A stretch of DNA of 64,000 bases from an uncultured Gemmatimonadales bacterium (GTDB lineage Bacteria > Gemmatimonadota > Gemmatimonadetes > Gemmatimonadales > Gemmatimonadaceae), in the NCBI GenBank assembly GCA_963851265.1, contig CAWKNZ010000006.1, positions 140,130-204,129 of the forward strand, given 5' to 3'. The notes beneath the pieces are model-generated. The model had not been told where the DNA came from. It made no database searches and saw nothing but the letters and a program-made list of their open reading frames with translations. The position numbers were made by a program, and so were the translations under genes. Shown here piece after piece: positions 51,276 through 60,174 of this stretch. Each line of letters starts with the position of its first letter. Positions within the stretch are counted from its first letter, which is position 1.

Positions 51276-52781
51276 TTACGGCAGGTAGTAACGGAACGAG
51301 CTGTAGACCATGTTGTCGGTCGCGAGCGGTTGGACCCGCCCGCCGCCCGTCGCCGCGGTCGCCGTCGCGTTCGACGACCAGGTGGCGCGCTCGGTGTGCG
51401 AGTACTGCATGCCGAACTGGACCGTGCCGCGGGTACCGCGGTAGAAGCGGTACCAGAACCCGCCGGCGCCCTGCGCGACGAAGCGCGTGTCCGCGCTGCA
51501 CGCACCGGCGGTCGGGGCGGTGACGCTCGTGGGGAGCAGTTCGGCGTCGCACCCCGTGTTGTTGAGGAGAGGCGACCCGTAGCCGACGCCCTTCCCGGCG
51601 GCGTTCGCATCGGCCGTGCGGTACGCGTACTCGCCGCCGCCATAGGCGTAGATGTCGAGCGCGGGCGTGGCGTGGATGTCGAGGGTGGCCAAGCCGTGCG
51701 CGGCGCGGATCGGCACGATCTGGCCCTGCGCGTTCGTCGTGGCGTCGGCGATCTGCGACGACCCGTACCGGCCGATCCCGCGCCCGTACAGGGCGTTGAG
51801 GCCGATGTCGACCTTCTTCTGGATCGGCAGGAAGAGGCTCGCCCCAACGCCGCCGGCGGTGGTCGTGTAGTTGTTCGCGCCGCCGTTGCTCGCCGGCACC
51901 GTGCCAGCGGCCGGGATGACCGTGTAGATGCGGTCGCGGAAGACGCGGCCGATGGCCTTGAGCTCGAAGTGCGCGACGCCGGGCTGGTCGAGCGCGATCT
52001 TCACGATCGCGTCCGGGGCGGCGTCGTAGGAGTAGTTGTTCGTCGCGTTCAGCGCGCCGCCGCCGGCCTGCCCGTAGAGCGGAGTGACCGTCGGGTTGTA
52101 GTTGTTGCCGCGCACCGTGAGGGTGGTCTGCGGCTCCTCGAGCGACCCGGCGATCGTGAAGTTCGGGTTCGCGCGGTACGTGAGCCGCGCCGTGAACTGG
52201 CGCGCCCAGTCGAAGCCGGGCACGTACTGGGCGTCGATCGTCGACGGGACGTACTCGCCGCGCGCGACGATGCCCTGGCGGTTGGCCGCGAGCAGGCTCC
52301 AGGTCTGGCCGCCGGTGAACGTGAACCCGTTCTTGAACGCCGCCTGCGCCCAGAACTGGCGCACGCGGAACGTGTAGCTGTTGCTCTCGTTGGAGTTGGA
52401 GCTCGCGCCGGCCGAGAGGAAGTCGCCCTCGAAGTACCCGGTCGCCGTGACCTGCGACAGGCGCCCCTCGCCCAGCACGCCGAGCCGAGACTGGCGCGCC
52501 GAGCCGCGGAACTCGGAGATCTGGCCCTGGGCCGTGTGCGTGAACGGTAAGGCGTTGTACGACGATGGCATGTCGGACTGCAGCGTGCGCTGCCGGTAGA
52601 ACGCCTCCGCCGCGAAGAAGGCGACCGGCGTGATGGTCACGCCCTTGTAGCGCAGGTTGGTGGGGCCGGACGCACTGTCACTCGGCAGGTTGGTGGCGCC
52701 CGAGGGCTGCGCGAGAATCGTGGCCGGGCCGACGAGCGCTGCGAGGACGGCCGCGGTCACGAAGGAGCGACGCTGAGTCAT
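51276..52781 (-). CDS. Putative outer membrane beta-barrel porin within the pst cluster
   Basis: Signal peptide, amphipathic beta-strand patterns (YFEGDF, FTFTGGQTW, VQFGMQYSH) and aromatic C-terminus FRYYLP. Located between pstS and pstC. Confidence 0.7.
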   Translation of the reverse strand: MTQRRSFVTAAVLAALVGPATILAQPSGATNLPSDSASGPTNLRYKGVTITPVAFFAAEAFYRQRTLQSDMPSSYNALPFTHTAQGQISEFRGSARQSRLGVLGEGRLSQVTATGYFEGDFLSAGASSNSNESNSYTFRVRQFWAQAAFKNGFTFTGGQTWSLLAANRQGIVARGEYVPSTIDAQYVPGFDWARQFTARLTYRANPNFTIAGSLEEPQTTLTVRGNNYNPTVTPLYGQAGGGALNATNNYSYDAAPDAIVKIALDQPGVAHFELKAIGRVFRDRIYTVIPAAGTVPASNGGANNYTTTAGGVGASLFLPIQKKVDIGLNALYGRGIGRYGSSQIADATTNAQGQIVPIRAAHGLATLDIHATPALDIYAYGGGEYAYRTADANAAGKGVGYGSPLLNNTGCDAELLPTSVTAPTAGACSADTRFVAQGAGGFWYRFYRGTRGTVQFGMQYSHTERATWSSNATATAATGGGRVQPLATDNMVYSSFRYYLP

Positions 52782-52958
52782 GTTGGCAAGCGGGATTGTG
52801 AGATGAGCGGCCACCGTCCCTCGCAGCCGGGAAGTGTGCCGAACGTGCTACAAAAATGCGGCGGGCGACGTGGTCGCGCCCGCGCACGGCCGAGACCGGG
52901 CGCGGGCGCGCCCGGCGTAGGGCGGGGATGGGCGGTGCGCGCTACCGGCTTCGACGGT

Positions 52959-54023
52959 CTAGCGCGAGGCGACGGTGACCGTACCGAGGCGCTTGCGGAG
53001 CTGGACCAGCAGGTTGGGCGGGAGCGGCGCGTAGTCGAGCTGCGCGGCGCTCTGCTGGCCGTCGCCCAGGCCGTACCGCAGGAAGTCGAGCAGCTTCTTG
53101 CCCTTGGCCGCGTCCTTCTGGTTGGTGTAGATGAGCGCCCACGTCATCGACGAGATCGGGTACGCTTCGCGGCCCGGCGCGTTGATGATGGACACCCGGT
53201 AGTCGGTGTTGGCCGGCAGACCCTTCGCGATCGCGGCCGCGGCGGCGGTCACGCCCGCGGGGCTCGGCAGCACGAACTGACCGGCCGCGTTGCGCACCAT
53301 CGGGAGCGGCAGCTTGTTCTGCCGCGCGTACGCGAGCTCGACATAGCCGATGCCACCGGGCGTCTGCTTCACCTGCCCGGCGACACCCTCGTTCCCCTTG
53401 CCGCCGAGGCCGACCGGCCACTTCACGTCCTTGCCGGTGCCCACCGTCGACTTCCACGACGGACTCACGGTCGAGAGGTAGTCCGTCCAGATGTACGTCG
53501 TCCCGCTGCCGTCGGAGCGGTGGATGACGAGGATGTCGGTATCCGGCAGGCGCGCGCCGCGGTTGAGCGCGACGAGTTGCGGGTCGTTCCACTTCGTGAT
53601 CTTGCCGAGGAAGATGTCGGCGAGCACTTCACCGGTGAAATGCAGCGGCTGCGTCACGCCCGGGAGGTTGTAGACCGGGAGGACGGCACCCATCGCGACC
53701 GGCACGTGCAGGATCGGGCCGCCCTTCGCCGCGGCCATCTCGGCCGGCGTCATCGGGGCGTCGGTGGCGCCGAAGTCGACCGTCATTTCGGAGAGCTGGC
53801 GGATGCCGCCGCCCGAACCGATCGACTGGTAATTCACGCGCACGCCCGCCTTCGCCGCGTAGTCCGTGGCCCAGCGCGAGTAGAGGGGCGCGGCGAAGGT
53901 CGAGCCCGCGCCCGTCAGGTCCTGCGCGCGCGCGGCAGCCGGCGCGACGAAGGTGAACGCGACGGTTACGGCGAGCGTCGCGCGCCGGTAGAGGGTGGAT
54001 TTCGAGAGTGATTTAACGTTCAC
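52959..54023 (-). CDS. pstS: Phosphate-binding protein PstS with a cleavable signal peptide
   Basis: GAGSTF, NYQSIGSGGG, VDFGATD, HRSDGSGTT, GGKGNEGV and GYVE. GGAG precedes GTG 54023. Confidence 0.95.
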   Translation of the reverse strand: MNVKSLSKSTLYRRATLAVTVAFTFVAPAAARAQDLTGAGSTFAAPLYSRWATDYAAKAGVRVNYQSIGSGGGIRQLSEMTVDFGATDAPMTPAEMAAAKGGPILHVPVAMGAVLPVYNLPGVTQPLHFTGEVLADIFLGKITKWNDPQLVALNRGARLPDTDILVIHRSDGSGTTYIWTDYLSTVSPSWKSTVGTGKDVKWPVGLGGKGNEGVAGQVKQTPGGIGYVELAYARQNKLPLPMVRNAAGQFVLPSPAGVTAAAAAIAKGLPANTDYRVSIINAPGREAYPISSMTWALIYTNQKDAAKGKKLLDFLRYGLGDGQQSAAQLDYAPLPPNLLVQLRKRLGTVTVASR

Positions 54024-54067
54024 GAAGCGCTCCAGGGTCGGGGTGAGGCCGGGATGATGACCCGCTC

Positions 54068-54108
54068 CTGTCACGCCGGAGGCTACAATCGTGTCACGGC
54101 CGGGTAAC
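54068..54108. promoter_or_regulatory. Candidate Pho-box-like direct repeats upstream of the second pstS
   Basis: CTGTCAC at 54068, then GTCAC at 54093 and GTAAC at 54104 (11-bp spacing). Confidence 0.45.
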
Positions 54109-54152
54109 GCACCAGCCTGGCAGCCGGGGCCGTGTCGTGAAACGCCAACCCG

Positions 54153-55244
54153 TCACTTCGCGGCGCCGACACCGAGGGAGTCGAGGCGTTGCCGCAGGCG
54201 GGCGGTCATCGCGGTGGGGAGCGGCGCGTAGTCGAGCGCGGTTTCGACCGCCTGGCCGTCGGTGAGGCCCCAGCGGAGGAACTGGACGAGCTTGCGCGCC
54301 TTCGCCGTGTCGCGCGGCGTCCGGTAGACGAGCATCCACGTCATCGTCGAGATCGGATACGCGTTGCCGCCGGGCGCGTTGGCGATCGAGACGCGGTAGT
54401 CCGTGTTGGCAGGCAGGGCGGCGAGCGCACCGGCCGCGGCTGCGGTGGTCGTCTCGACCGACGGGGCGACGAAGTTGCCCGCCGCGTTGCGGATCGCCGC
54501 CGCGGGGAGCTTGTTCTGCCGCGCGTACGCGAGCTCGACGTAGCCGATGGCGCCCGGGCTCTGCTTCACCGTACCGGCGACGCCCTCGTTGCCCTTGCCG
54601 CCGAGGCCGACCGGCCACTTGACGTCCTTCCCCTTGCCGACCGCCTGTTTCCACGCCGGGCTCACGGCCGTGAGGTAGTCGGTGAAGGTGTAGGTGGTGC
54701 CGCTGCCGTCGGAGCGGTGCGCGACGAGGATGGCCGTGTTGGGCAGGCTGACGCCGGGGTTGACGGCCGCGATGCGCGGGTCGTTCCAGGACGTGATCTT
54801 GCCCAGGAAGATGTCGGCGAGCACATCGCCGGTGAACTTCAGCGGCGTCGTCACCTGGGGCAGGTTGTACGTGACGACGACGGCACCCATCGCGGTCGGG
54901 ATGTGCATGATGGGGCCGCCCTTGGCCTTCGCGAGTTCGTCGTCGGTCATCGGCGCGTCGGTGGCGCCGAAGTCGACGGTCTGCTCCGAGAGCTGGCGGA
55001 TGCCGCCGCCCGAACCGATCGACTGGTAATTCACGCGCACGCCCGCCTTCGCCGCGTAGTCCGCGGCCCACCGCGAGTAGAGCGGCGCGGCGAAGGTCGA
55101 GCCCGCGCCGGTGAGGTCGGCGCCGCCCGCCCCCGAGCCGCCGGCCGCGCTCGAGTTGCCGTTATCAGACTTGCCGCCGCAGGCGGCGAAGGCCGCCACG
55201 GCGAGAACGCCGAGGATGGTCGAGTGTGGGAACAGGCGTCGCAT
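54153..55244 (-). CDS. pstS: Phosphate-binding protein PstS, lipoprotein form
   Basis: Lipobox FAAC followed by a Gly/Ser linker, with the same PstS motifs as the neighbouring paralog. Confidence 0.95.
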   Translation of the reverse strand: MRRLFPHSTILGVLAVAAFAACGGKSDNGNSSAAGGSGAGGADLTGAGSTFAAPLYSRWAADYAAKAGVRVNYQSIGSGGGIRQLSEQTVDFGATDAPMTDDELAKAKGGPIMHIPTAMGAVVVTYNLPQVTTPLKFTGDVLADIFLGKITSWNDPRIAAVNPGVSLPNTAILVAHRSDGSGTTYTFTDYLTAVSPAWKQAVGKGKDVKWPVGLGGKGNEGVAGTVKQSPGAIGYVELAYARQNKLPAAAIRNAAGNFVAPSVETTTAAAAGALAALPANTDYRVSIANAPGGNAYPISTMTWMLVYRTPRDTAKARKLVQFLRWGLTDGQAVETALDYAPLPTAMTARLRQRLDSLGVGAAK

Positions 55245-55375
55245 TGCGGGATTCGTCGGGAGTCGCGGAAGGTGGCGGAAGCTGTGCGACGAGCGCTGCG
55301 CGCGTCACGTTGGGCGAGCCGGGGGATGCTACTCGCGACCGGCGTTCCGGTGGCGTGGCGGCCAGTCGCGCGCCA

Positions 55376-55392
55376 TGTAACGATTACGTCAC
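55376..55392. promoter_or_regulatory. Candidate Pho box between the divergent pstS and recombinase genes
   Basis: TGTAACGATTACGTCAC has half-sites 11 bp apart and shares 13 of 17 positions with the site before pstC. Confidence 0.55.
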
Positions 55393-55494
55393 CGCGGGCG
55401 CACATCCGGCGACGTTTGGCGGCGGGTTGCGGCGTATATTCGGCGCCGGGCCCATGCGCCCGCCGCACCGCTACTGCCGCTCCAGACATCTCCC

Positions 55495-56574
55495 GTGAAC
55501 GATCCCGTCTCGCCGGCCGCCGGCTCGCCCGTGGGTGCCGGACCGCACGCGCTCGCCCCGGTGGTGGCGGCGCTGTACCTGCCGCCGGCGGTGGCCGAGC
55601 GCCTGGCCGCGACCGCGCAGCGCGTGGCCGGGGCGCGGGCGGCAAATACGCTGCGGGCGCTGCGCAGCGACCTCTCGCTCTGGACGCGGTGGTGCCGGAG
55701 CGAACGTCGCCTGCCGCTGCCGGCGCGGCCGGGCGACGTGGCGGCGTTCATCGACGCGCACGCGGTCACGCGCGCCCCGGCCACGGTGCGGCGGTACGTG
55801 GCGAGTGTGGCCGCGCTCCACCGTGCGGCCGGGGTGAACGACCCGACGAAGGCCGAGGACGTGCGGCTGGCGCTGACGGCGGCAACGCGGGCGTGGAGTG
55901 CGGCCCGTGCCGCGGCGGGGCAGGGCACGCGGCAGCGGCAGGCCGCGGGGCTCACCGAACGCGCGGTGGCGCACATCCTCGCGAGCTACGGCGCCGGAGG
56001 TCCGGCGCGGCTCATCGATCAGCGCGACGTCGCGATCCTGCTGGTCGCGCGCGATCTGCTGGCGCGCCGCAGCGAGCTCGTCGCCCTGCGGGTGGACGAC
56101 GTCGTGGCGGCGGACGACGGCGGCGCGACGGTCACCATCCGACGAAGCAAGACCGACCAGACCGGCGAGGGCGCCACGGCCTACATCGGCCCGGAGGCGG
56201 CCTCGGCGTTGCGCGCGTGGCTCGCCGCCGCCGTGATCGTGCGCGGGCCGGTGTTCCGCGCCGTCACCGCACGTGGGCGCGTCGGCGAGACGGCGCTGCA
56301 CGCGCAGAAGGTGCCGGCCATTCTCAAGAAGATGGCCGGGCGCGCGGTGCCGCAGCTGCGGCGGCTCGGCGTCGAGCAGTCCGCCGTCTCGGGGCACTCG
56401 TGCCGGGTGGGGATGGCGCAGGACCTGGTCGGCGCGGGGCTCGAATTGCCTGCCGTGATGCAGGCCGGCCGGTGGCGGACGCCGGCCATGGTCGCGCGCT
56501 ACGCGGAGCGGCTGCTGGCGCAGCAGGGCGCGGTGGCGCAGTACCACGCGCGGAAGTCGCGGCGGCACGGGTGA
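55495..56574 (+). CDS. Cre-like tyrosine recombinase/integrase
   Basis: N-terminal SAM-like domain (ANTLRALRSD...APATVRRYVASVAALH). Catalytic set R(RSEL), K(SKTDQ), H-S-C-R, W(GRW) and Y(MVARY), with Trp in place of the second His as in Cre. Confidence 0.9.
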   Translation: MNDPVSPAAGSPVGAGPHALAPVVAALYLPPAVAERLAATAQRVAGARAANTLRALRSDLSLWTRWCRSERRLPLPARPGDVAAFIDAHAVTRAPATVRRYVASVAALHRAAGVNDPTKAEDVRLALTAATRAWSAARAAAGQGTRQRQAAGLTERAVAHILASYGAGGPARLIDQRDVAILLVARDLLARRSELVALRVDDVVAADDGGATVTIRRSKTDQTGEGATAYIGPEAASALRAWLAAAVIVRGPVFRAVTARGRVGETALHAQKVPAILKKMAGRAVPQLRRLGVEQSAVSGHSCRVGMAQDLVGAGLELPAVMQAGRWRTPAMVARYAERLLAQQGAVAQYHARKSRRHG

Positions 56575-58034
56575 CGCCGACGTCCTGCGGACGAGGGGTG
56601 CGACGCCCGGCGGCGTGGGTGCTCGCGGGCGTCGCCGTGTGTGCCGGCGCGTGCTCGCGCGACCGCACGCCTGCGGGCGGGCGGTCGACCGGCGCGACGC
56701 CGGCGGGCGTGTCGACCGGCGCCCCGGCGCCGCCTCCCCAGCCGATGTCGCGTTTCGCCGTGCCGCTCGACTACGACGTGACGCCGGTGCTCGGGATCGT
56801 CGAGCGGGTGGTGCCGCGCACGTTCGGGTCGCTCGACAGCGTGCGGCGGCTGGGCGACGACGACCGCAAGCACTACGCGTTCGTCGCGACGCGCGCGCCG
56901 TTCGTCGCCACGATCGCCGGCCCGGAGGTGCGCATGCGCACGACGCTCGCCTACGCGGCGCGGGGCTTCTACCGCACGCCGGTAGGCGCGACGCTGAAGG
57001 CGGGCTGCGGCGGCGACGCGCGCGACGCGCGGCCGCGCGTGGTGGTGGAACTCGCGGCCCCGCTCACGCTCGCGCCGAACTGGCACCTGCGGGCCGTCTC
57101 GCGCCTCGAACGGTTGGAGCCGGCGTCGGCGGCGCCCCGCGATCGTTGCCGCGTGGGGATTCTCAACGTCGACGTGACCGACCGCGTGGTCGAGGCGGCG
57201 CGGCACGCGCTCGAGGCCCAGCTGCCGGCCATCGACCGCAAGGTGGCCGCGGTGGACCTGACCAAGCAGGCAACCGGCTGGTGGGGCGCGCTCAGCCGGC
57301 CGATTCGCCTCACCGACGGCGTGTGGCTCCTGCTCGGGCCGCAGACGCTGCGGGTGGGGCGGGTCGGCGGGGCGGGGCACGTGCTCGACGTCCAGGCGGG
57401 GCTCGACGCGTATCCGAAGATCGTCACCGGCGCCGAGCCACCGACGCCCGACGTGCCGCTGCCGCCGCTCGCGCGCGAGGTGGCGGGCTCGGGATTCCAC
57501 GTGGCGCTCGAGGGGGTCGTCGACTACGCGACGGCGTCGCGCGTCGTCACCGCGGCGCTGCGCGGGCGCTCGGTGACGCAGGCGGGGCAGACCATCACGG
57601 TGCAGTCGGTCGCGGCGGCGCCGGCGGACTCGGGGCGGCTCGCGCTCACCGTCGCCTTCACTGGTGACGCCGCGGGGACGCTGCACTTCGTGGGGCGGCC
57701 GCGCATCGACGCGCGCCGCGGCGAGGTGGACGTGCCGGACCTCGACTACGACCTGCGCACGAACAACACGCTCGTGAACGCGGCGGCGTGGCTGGGGTCC
57801 GACGCGCTGCGTGCGCTGTTTCGCGAACGGGCGCGCGTGCCGGTGGCACCGGCGCTCGAGCGCGGGCGGGCGCTGCTGCTGAGCGGGTTGAACCGGACGA
57901 TCGCCGGCGTGCTCACGCTGTCGGCGACGGTGGACTCGGTGATGGTGCAGGGGGCCTACGTCACGGCCGCGGGGCTGGTGGTCCAGGCCGGGGCGACGGG
58001 ACAGGCGCGGGCGTCGGTGCACGCGAAGCGCTGA
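56571..58034 (+). CDS. DUF4403-like lipoprotein
   Basis: GTGA overlap with the recombinase stop. Lipobox AGAC, and motifs W..LSRPIRL..GVWL, G.LHFVG.P..D and DLDYDL.T resembling DUF4403. Confidence 0.65.
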   Translation: MTPTSCGRGVRRPAAWVLAGVAVCAGACSRDRTPAGGRSTGATPAGVSTGAPAPPPQPMSRFAVPLDYDVTPVLGIVERVVPRTFGSLDSVRRLGDDDRKHYAFVATRAPFVATIAGPEVRMRTTLAYAARGFYRTPVGATLKAGCGGDARDARPRVVVELAAPLTLAPNWHLRAVSRLERLEPASAAPRDRCRVGILNVDVTDRVVEAARHALEAQLPAIDRKVAAVDLTKQATGWWGALSRPIRLTDGVWLLLGPQTLRVGRVGGAGHVLDVQAGLDAYPKIVTGAEPPTPDVPLPPLAREVAGSGFHVALEGVVDYATASRVVTAALRGRSVTQAGQTITVQSVAAAPADSGRLALTVAFTGDAAGTLHFVGRPRIDARRGEVDVPDLDYDLRTNNTLVNAAAWLGSDALRALFRERARVPVAPALERGRALLLSGLNRTIAGVLTLSATVDSVMVQGAYVTAAGLVVQAGATGQARASVHAKR

Positions 58035-58194
58035 CCCGGCTCGCGCCGTGCGCGGCGTCGGACCGACGGTCGTCGGCGCATCGTGCGGCGATGTGGCAGC
58101 GGCGCTGCAGTCGCGCGGCCGTTCGACCGGCGTCGTCCCGCGCGTCGTGCCTCACGTTGCGCGTGGCCGCGTTTCCTCCCGCCCAGGTGTCACG

Positions 58195-58470
58195 ATGCCC
58201 TGCCGTCCACCGCGGAGCACAGCGCGTGCACGCCGATTCCCGTCGGCACTCCTATCTCTCGTCGTCGCGGCCGGCGCGTGTACGGATGCCGCCCCGACCG
58301 CCGCGCCCAGCGCGGGGCGCGGGTTGTTCCAGAACGGCCAGTACCTCAACTACGAGCACCAGTTCACGAACGTGGTCGCCGAGGTCACGCCCGAGCCGGC
58401 CACCTGGGTGCTGTTCGGCGCGGGGCTCGGCGGCGTGCTCCTCGTCGCGCGCCGGCGCCGGAGCGTCTAA
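58195..58470 (+). CDS. Very short PEP-CTERM protein, possibly a deletion remnant
   Basis: 91 aa with a signal/lipobox-like AGAC, about 35 residues of body, then VTPEPATWVLFGAGLGGVLLVARRRR. Confidence 0.55.
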   Translation: MPCRPPRSTARARRFPSALLSLVVAAGACTDAAPTAAPSAGRGLFQNGQYLNYEHQFTNVVAEVTPEPATWVLFGAGLGGVLLVARRRRSV

Positions 58471-58482
58471 CGCCGGCGGGAG

Positions 58483-58935
58483 TCAGCAGGTACCCCGGAC
58501 GGTCGCGCGCTCGAACCGCGCGTGCCCGACGATCCGGGGCACGCGCACGACGTCGACGGGCGACGTGATCATCTGCGCCGTCATGCACCCCGGCGCCGGC
58601 TCGGTCACCGCGTAGCGGACGACCGCGTCGGCGCCGTCGCGCGTGACGCCCGTGACGCGCACGTCGTGGCCACCCGACGATCGCTGGCCGATGGCCACGA
58701 GGACGACGCTCGAGGCGCTGAAGTCGACCGCGGGAAGTGGTGGCGCGACCATGCCGTTCTGCAGCCGTGCCCAGGCCGCGTCCCACGCGGCGCGGTCGCG
58801 GACGACCGTTTCCTCCCCCATGCCGTACTCGCTCACGAGGGCGTGGTACAGTGGGACGGGCTCCGCGGCCTGCGGCGCGGTGGGGGCGCAGTGCAAGACG
58901 GCGAGGGCCAGGAGTGCGAGCGCGGTGCGGGGCAT
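58483..58935 (-). CDS. PrcB C-terminal domain-like lipoprotein
   Basis: Signal ending in Cys (AVLHC), P.VDFS, GQRSSGGH.V and P.PGCMTAQMITSP...VRVPR. Confidence 0.7.
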   Translation of the reverse strand: MPRTALALLALAVLHCAPTAPQAAEPVPLYHALVSEYGMGEETVVRDRAAWDAAWARLQNGMVAPPLPAVDFSASSVVLVAIGQRSSGGHDVRVTGVTRDGADAVVRYAVTEPAPGCMTAQMITSPVDVVRVPRIVGHARFERATVRGTC

Positions 58936-59079
58936 GGGAACACGTTCGTCGACTGGAGTCGGGCGTGGGGACGACTGCGGCCGCATTCTCGTTCGGGGGC
59001 GCCATATTGTCGAGGCGTTCGGCGCCGACCGGCTGCGCGAGCCGACCCCGGCGGATGATCCGTCCACCCCGTTTGCACC

Positions 59080-60112
59080 ATGACCCAGCCGCTCGCACTC
59101 GGGCTTGATACGTTCGGCGACGTCACCGCGGACGCCGACGGGCGGCCGCGCCCGTACGCGCAGGTGCTCCGCGACGTGGTCGACGAGGCGGTGCTCGCCG
59201 ATAGGGTGGGGATCGACTTCATCGGTGTCGGGGAGCACCATCGCGCCGACTTCGCGGTCTCGGCGCCGGAGGTCGTGCTCGCCGCGATCGCGGCCCGCAC
59301 GCAGCGGATCCGGCTTGGCTCCGCGGTGACGGTGCTGAGCTCGGACGACCCGGTGCGGGTGTTTCAGCGCTTCGCCACCGTCGACGCGTTGTCGCGCGGG
59401 CGGGCCGAGGTGATCCTCGGGCGCGGCTCGTTCACCGAGTCGTTTCCGCTGTTCGGGTACGACCTGCGGCAGTACGAGACGCTGTTCGACGAGAAGCTCG
59501 ACCTGTTCGCGGCGCTGCTCCGACAGGAACCGGTGACCTGGCAGGGGACGACGCGGGCGCCGCTCAGTGGGCAGCGCGTGTTCCCGACGGTCGAGTGCGG
59601 GACGCTGCGAACGTGGGTCGGTGTCGGGGGAAGCCCGGAGTCGGTGGTACGCGCGGCACACTACGGCCTTCCGATGATGCTCGCGATCATCGGCGGCGAT
59701 CCGCGGCGCTTCGCGCCGTACGTCGACCTCTACCACCGCGCGTTGGAGCAGGCCGGCGTACCGGTGCAGCCCGTCGGCGTGCACTCGCCGGGGTACGTGG
59801 CCGAGACGGACGCGCAGGCGCGCGACGAGCTGTGGCCGGACTACCGCCGGATGCACGACCGCATCGGCGGCGAGCGCGGGTGGGGGCCGATGCTCGCGGG
59901 CGGCGTTCGAGCAGGAGGTCGAGCGCGGCTCGCTGTACGTGGGATCGCCCGAGACGGTGGCGCGCAAGATCGCCGCCACGGCGAGCGCCCTCGGCATCGC
60001 ACGCTTCGACATGAAGTACAGCGCGGGGACGCTCTCGCACGACCGGATGATGCGGAGCATCGAGCTGTACGGCACGCGCGTGATTCCGCGCGTGCGTGAG
60101 CTGCTCGGCTGA
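59080..60112 (+). pseudogene. LLM class flavin-dependent oxidoreductase with a frameshift near 59893
   Basis: LGLDTFGD, GEHHR, GSAVTVLSSDDPVR and GRGSFTESFPLFG. After ATG 59890-59892 the family-like tail (FEQEVERGSLYVGSPETVARKI...RSIELYGTRVIPRVRELLG*) continues in the +1 frame to TGA 60110-60112. Confidence 0.8.
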
Positions 60113-60174
60113 CCGGGCGCGCGTCCGATGCCGGCGTTTCCCGACGGCGGCATCGGTGGACGGGTCCGGGCGGT

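Noticed and set aside
55245..55494. lox/dif-like recombination site next to the recombinase
   Set aside because: No 11-13 bp inverted repeat with a 6-8 bp spacer was found. The short GTAA-CGA-TTAC symmetry fits the Pho-box-like repeat better.
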